A stretch of 64,000 nucleotides of DNA from Podarcis tiliguerta (taxonomy: Eukaryota): assembly GCA_965153285.1 (NCBI GenBank), contig OZ229113.1; one strand, given 5' to 3'. The translations under genes were made by a program, and so were the position numbers. The notes below the pieces were generated by a model that saw only the letters and a program-made list of their open reading frames with translations, was not told the DNA's origin and ran no database searches. Position 1 is the stretch's first letter. Every line of letters begins with the position of its first letter. Positions 60,993 to 64,000 of the stretch are shown here, piece by piece.

Positions 60993-62610
60993 CTAAAAGA
61001 GAAGAATTTTAAAAAAACAAAACACTCTGAAATTGGAACGGAGAGAATAGCAAAGGAAACCACAAACACTTCTGACATGTGAACCTTTACAACATTTGCA
61101 TCCTGTTAGAGACTGAGCATTTTCTAAACTGAGTTGCTAACCTGTGCGGCTTCCAGAAGTTTTGGACTCCAACTCCCATCAGCCCCAGTCAGCATGGGAC
61201 CAGGTAGCCCATCAACATCAAGAGGCCACAGGCCAGCCACCCTCCTGCTCTAAAGTAAGCCTGAGATCTAGTTTGCTTCCCACCACTCTTCTGTTCTGTT
61301 TGGGTGATGGGCAATGAGTTCTGATGTAACGTAGGGGCATACTATTTTCTATATTCTTTTCTTTTAGCTTAGCTTTTCAAGTGTTCATTCTTTCTCAGGG
61401 TAGTAAGAGTTAATTATGAGGCAAGAACAATCCCAGCAACAAGTACTAAACAACCAAAAGACTGTTTGTCTAAGGAACTGCATGCATGGACCAATTTCCT
61501 CTGCTGTTGTGTCTGTCTCTTCTACCATTCTTCTTTGATGAATGAAATTGCTGCTTCCTTTGCAGGACAGATTTTGTATCCTGCATTTTTTAAAAAGATT
61601 ATTATTATTATTGTCTTGCTCAGCATTTCCATCCTAGATGGCATGCTCACCCGAAGATGATAATTTCAGTGTTTGTTTGCCTGTGAGCCCCATGGATTAT
61701 TAGTATGAAGAGGAAGCAGCTGTGAATGGCAATGGCCTGGCACTGCAAGATCCAAGGGCTGATTGTGGTTGTGCTGCTGAAAGTTGCTTGTTTGTTTATT
61801 ATTAAATTTGTATCTCACCCTTCCTCCCAAAGGAGCCCTGGGTGGCAAACAACAAGTGATAAAACAATAAGAACATCTTAGAACGTTTTGAAAAAACAAT
61901 TCCAGTACAGATGCAGACTGGGAAAGATCTCACAGACTTTACTGCTATTATGACCCGCAGAGAAAAGTGCAGGAATGGGTAAGGTCTATCTAAAGAAATA
62001 TTACACAGATAGACAGATTATCTGACAACAATTTTTAAACCTCTCCTTTCATGTGTCCTACTCTGTTCCCGACATGGTTCATAGTTTATTTGCTATTTAT
62101 AAATGCCATTTTTGTGCAGCATAATAAATACTGATTAACAAACTAATCCAGTACCACGGTTCTGATGTGAACAACAGTGAAGTCGCTAGATCCTGAAAAG
62201 CACAAGGACCTCCTCCTGCCCAGCCACGCATTGAACAAAGTGGTTTTTTCCTCCCCCTTTCCAGTCAATACCCCAGTACTGCATCATAACCAGCCTTAGA
62301 ATTTTCCATGCTGAAAGAGCAGCCTGCAGTGTGGCAAGGGAGGAGGCAAGCTGCCTCTTAGGCGCCACACAGATAACAAGGGCTTACTGCATCATTGCCA
62401 TTCCACTGCATTTCTGCCTTTCTGGGTTCTGTAAAATGGGGTTAAGCATGTAGCGGGTGATTTTAGATTGCACAATATAGAAAAGTAGGGGCTGGGAGAG
62501 AAGGTAGGGCAGGGTCCACCGGACAATTTTTGATGGGCCCCTTTACTGCCTGCTAGTTGCAGCCATTCAGGTAAAGAAAATATTCTAAGGTCTTGAGCTC
62601 TTGCTTTCTA

Positions 62611-62791
62611 CAGTGGTACCTCTGGTTCTGAACCCTCAGGTTATGTTTTTTTGGCTTATGAACGTTTTTAACCTGGAAGTGAGTGTTCCAAGTTCTCAGA
62701 GGCCTTGCCGCTGCCCGGAGCCAAGCCCGGAAATCCGCGGGGCCTGCGGAGGCTCTGCAACTGGGCTCCAGCAGCGATGAATTGGGTACTG
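62611..62791. mobile_element. Tc1/mariner MITE
   Basis: TA|CAGTGGTACCTC...GGGTACTG|TA. Confidence 0.65.
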
Positions 62792-62833
62792 TATCCAATT
62801 GATTTTGTTTTCAGAGATCTTAGGATAGAATCA

Positions 62834-62995
<162 letters not shown>

Positions 62996-63653
62996 TTACT
63001 TTTCAATCAAAATGAAATTAGCTGTAGATAGCAATGTAAGTGTTTTACAGCGCTAGAATTATTGTTTTAGGCTGCACGTGGAAGTTGCCTTCTGCTCACA
63101 GAAGGGCCAGAGTGTTGTGTTAGAAAAATGAGATTAAATCCAGAGATGCAGTTTGTCTTGCACATACAGTACTCCACTTTGACTTTACAGATCTGCCAGT
63201 TTCAAGCCAGCCATCACAAATATAAGACTAGAAACTTGGTTTTCAAAAGCTGAGAGTCTCAGGAAGCTCGGTGGGGTGCCTAGTACCAATTATGTTCTTT
63301 TTTCCTGCACTTCTACAAAAGCTAAATAGACAGCCCTGGATGCAGATAAGTAGGTATGCTGTGATTTCCCCGGTATTAAAGAAATGTGCTTTGCATGTCC
63401 CTAAAGTTCCTTAATGCTGCTCATATATTCTTCCAGAACATTAAGATCTTTTTTTCAAAGGGGAAGAAAGTTTTTTTTAAAAAAATTGGGTTTTATAAAC
63501 AAGAATAATGTTATGCAAATAAATATACCAAGTTTTCTTGTGTCATTTGTATACCACAAAAATAGCATAATAAATGTTGAAAAATATCTACAACATATGT
63601 TTCATTATTAGTGACCAATGTATTAAATTCTTGGTTTATGAATTGGTTTAAAC

Positions 63654-63789
63654 CAGGCATGGCCAAACGTGGCCCTCCAGCTGTTTTGGGACTACAGTTC
63701 CCATCATCTCTGACCACTGGTCCTGTTAGCTAGGGATGATGGGAGTTGTAGTCCCAAAACAGCTGGAGGGCCAAATTTGGCCATGCCTG
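63654..63789. mobile_element. Palindromic hAT-type MITE (same family as 47807-47941; degenerate copies near 21325, 34160, 60510, 61135)
   Basis: CAGGCATGGCCAAA...TTTGGCCATGCCTG hairpin; GTTTAAAC / GTTAAAC flanks. Confidence 0.9.
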
Positions 63790-64000
63790 GTTAAACAATT
63801 AGGAAAAAGAAGAGGAGGGAAGAGAGGAGTGGGGTGGGGTGGCTATGCCTCTATTATTCTACTTAGTGTGTATGAGGGGTTGAGCCAACGTTACTTTTAT
63901 ATATTAGCCATGTTCAAATATATAAAAGGATGTCACATAGAGGAGGGCGAAAGGTTGTTTTCTGCTGCTCCAGAGAAGCGGACACGGAGCAATGGATCCA

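Overview
This is vertebrate genomic DNA, and the Sauria SINEs, Squam3-like SINE, Bov-B/CR1/L2 fragments and lizard-type MITEs point to a squamate, probably a lacertid lizard (inference). Two genes converge tail-to-tail. On +, PAN3 (pseudokinase subunit of the PAN2-PAN3 deadenylase) runs from exon 2 (4121) to its stop (49468). All 18 visible coding exons were reconstructed by hand with GT-AG sites and consistent phases, followed by a ~2.8 kb 3'UTR; exon 1 lies upstream of the window. On -, the 3' end of FLT1/VEGFR1 (human-numbered exons 24-27, 29, 30) ends at 55201. Main points: (1) FLT1 exon 28 (Y1213 / RIKTFEEL) cannot be found, exons 27 and 29 are phase-incompatible, and the gap holds a sharply truncated MITE end plus a candidate 10-nt frame-restoring microexon. 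(2) FLT1 intron 26 has a GC donor. (3) PAN3 intron 5 holds a candidate alternative first exon that would splice in frame onto the PAM2 exon. (4) A TSD-flanked, polyadenylated non-autonomous retroposon carries CTCF and YY1 motifs at its 5' end. (5) A back-to-back poly(A) signal lies between the two genes. Nearly all tracked ORFs are spurious. No prokaryotic systems, CRISPR arrays, rRNA or true tRNA genes were seen.
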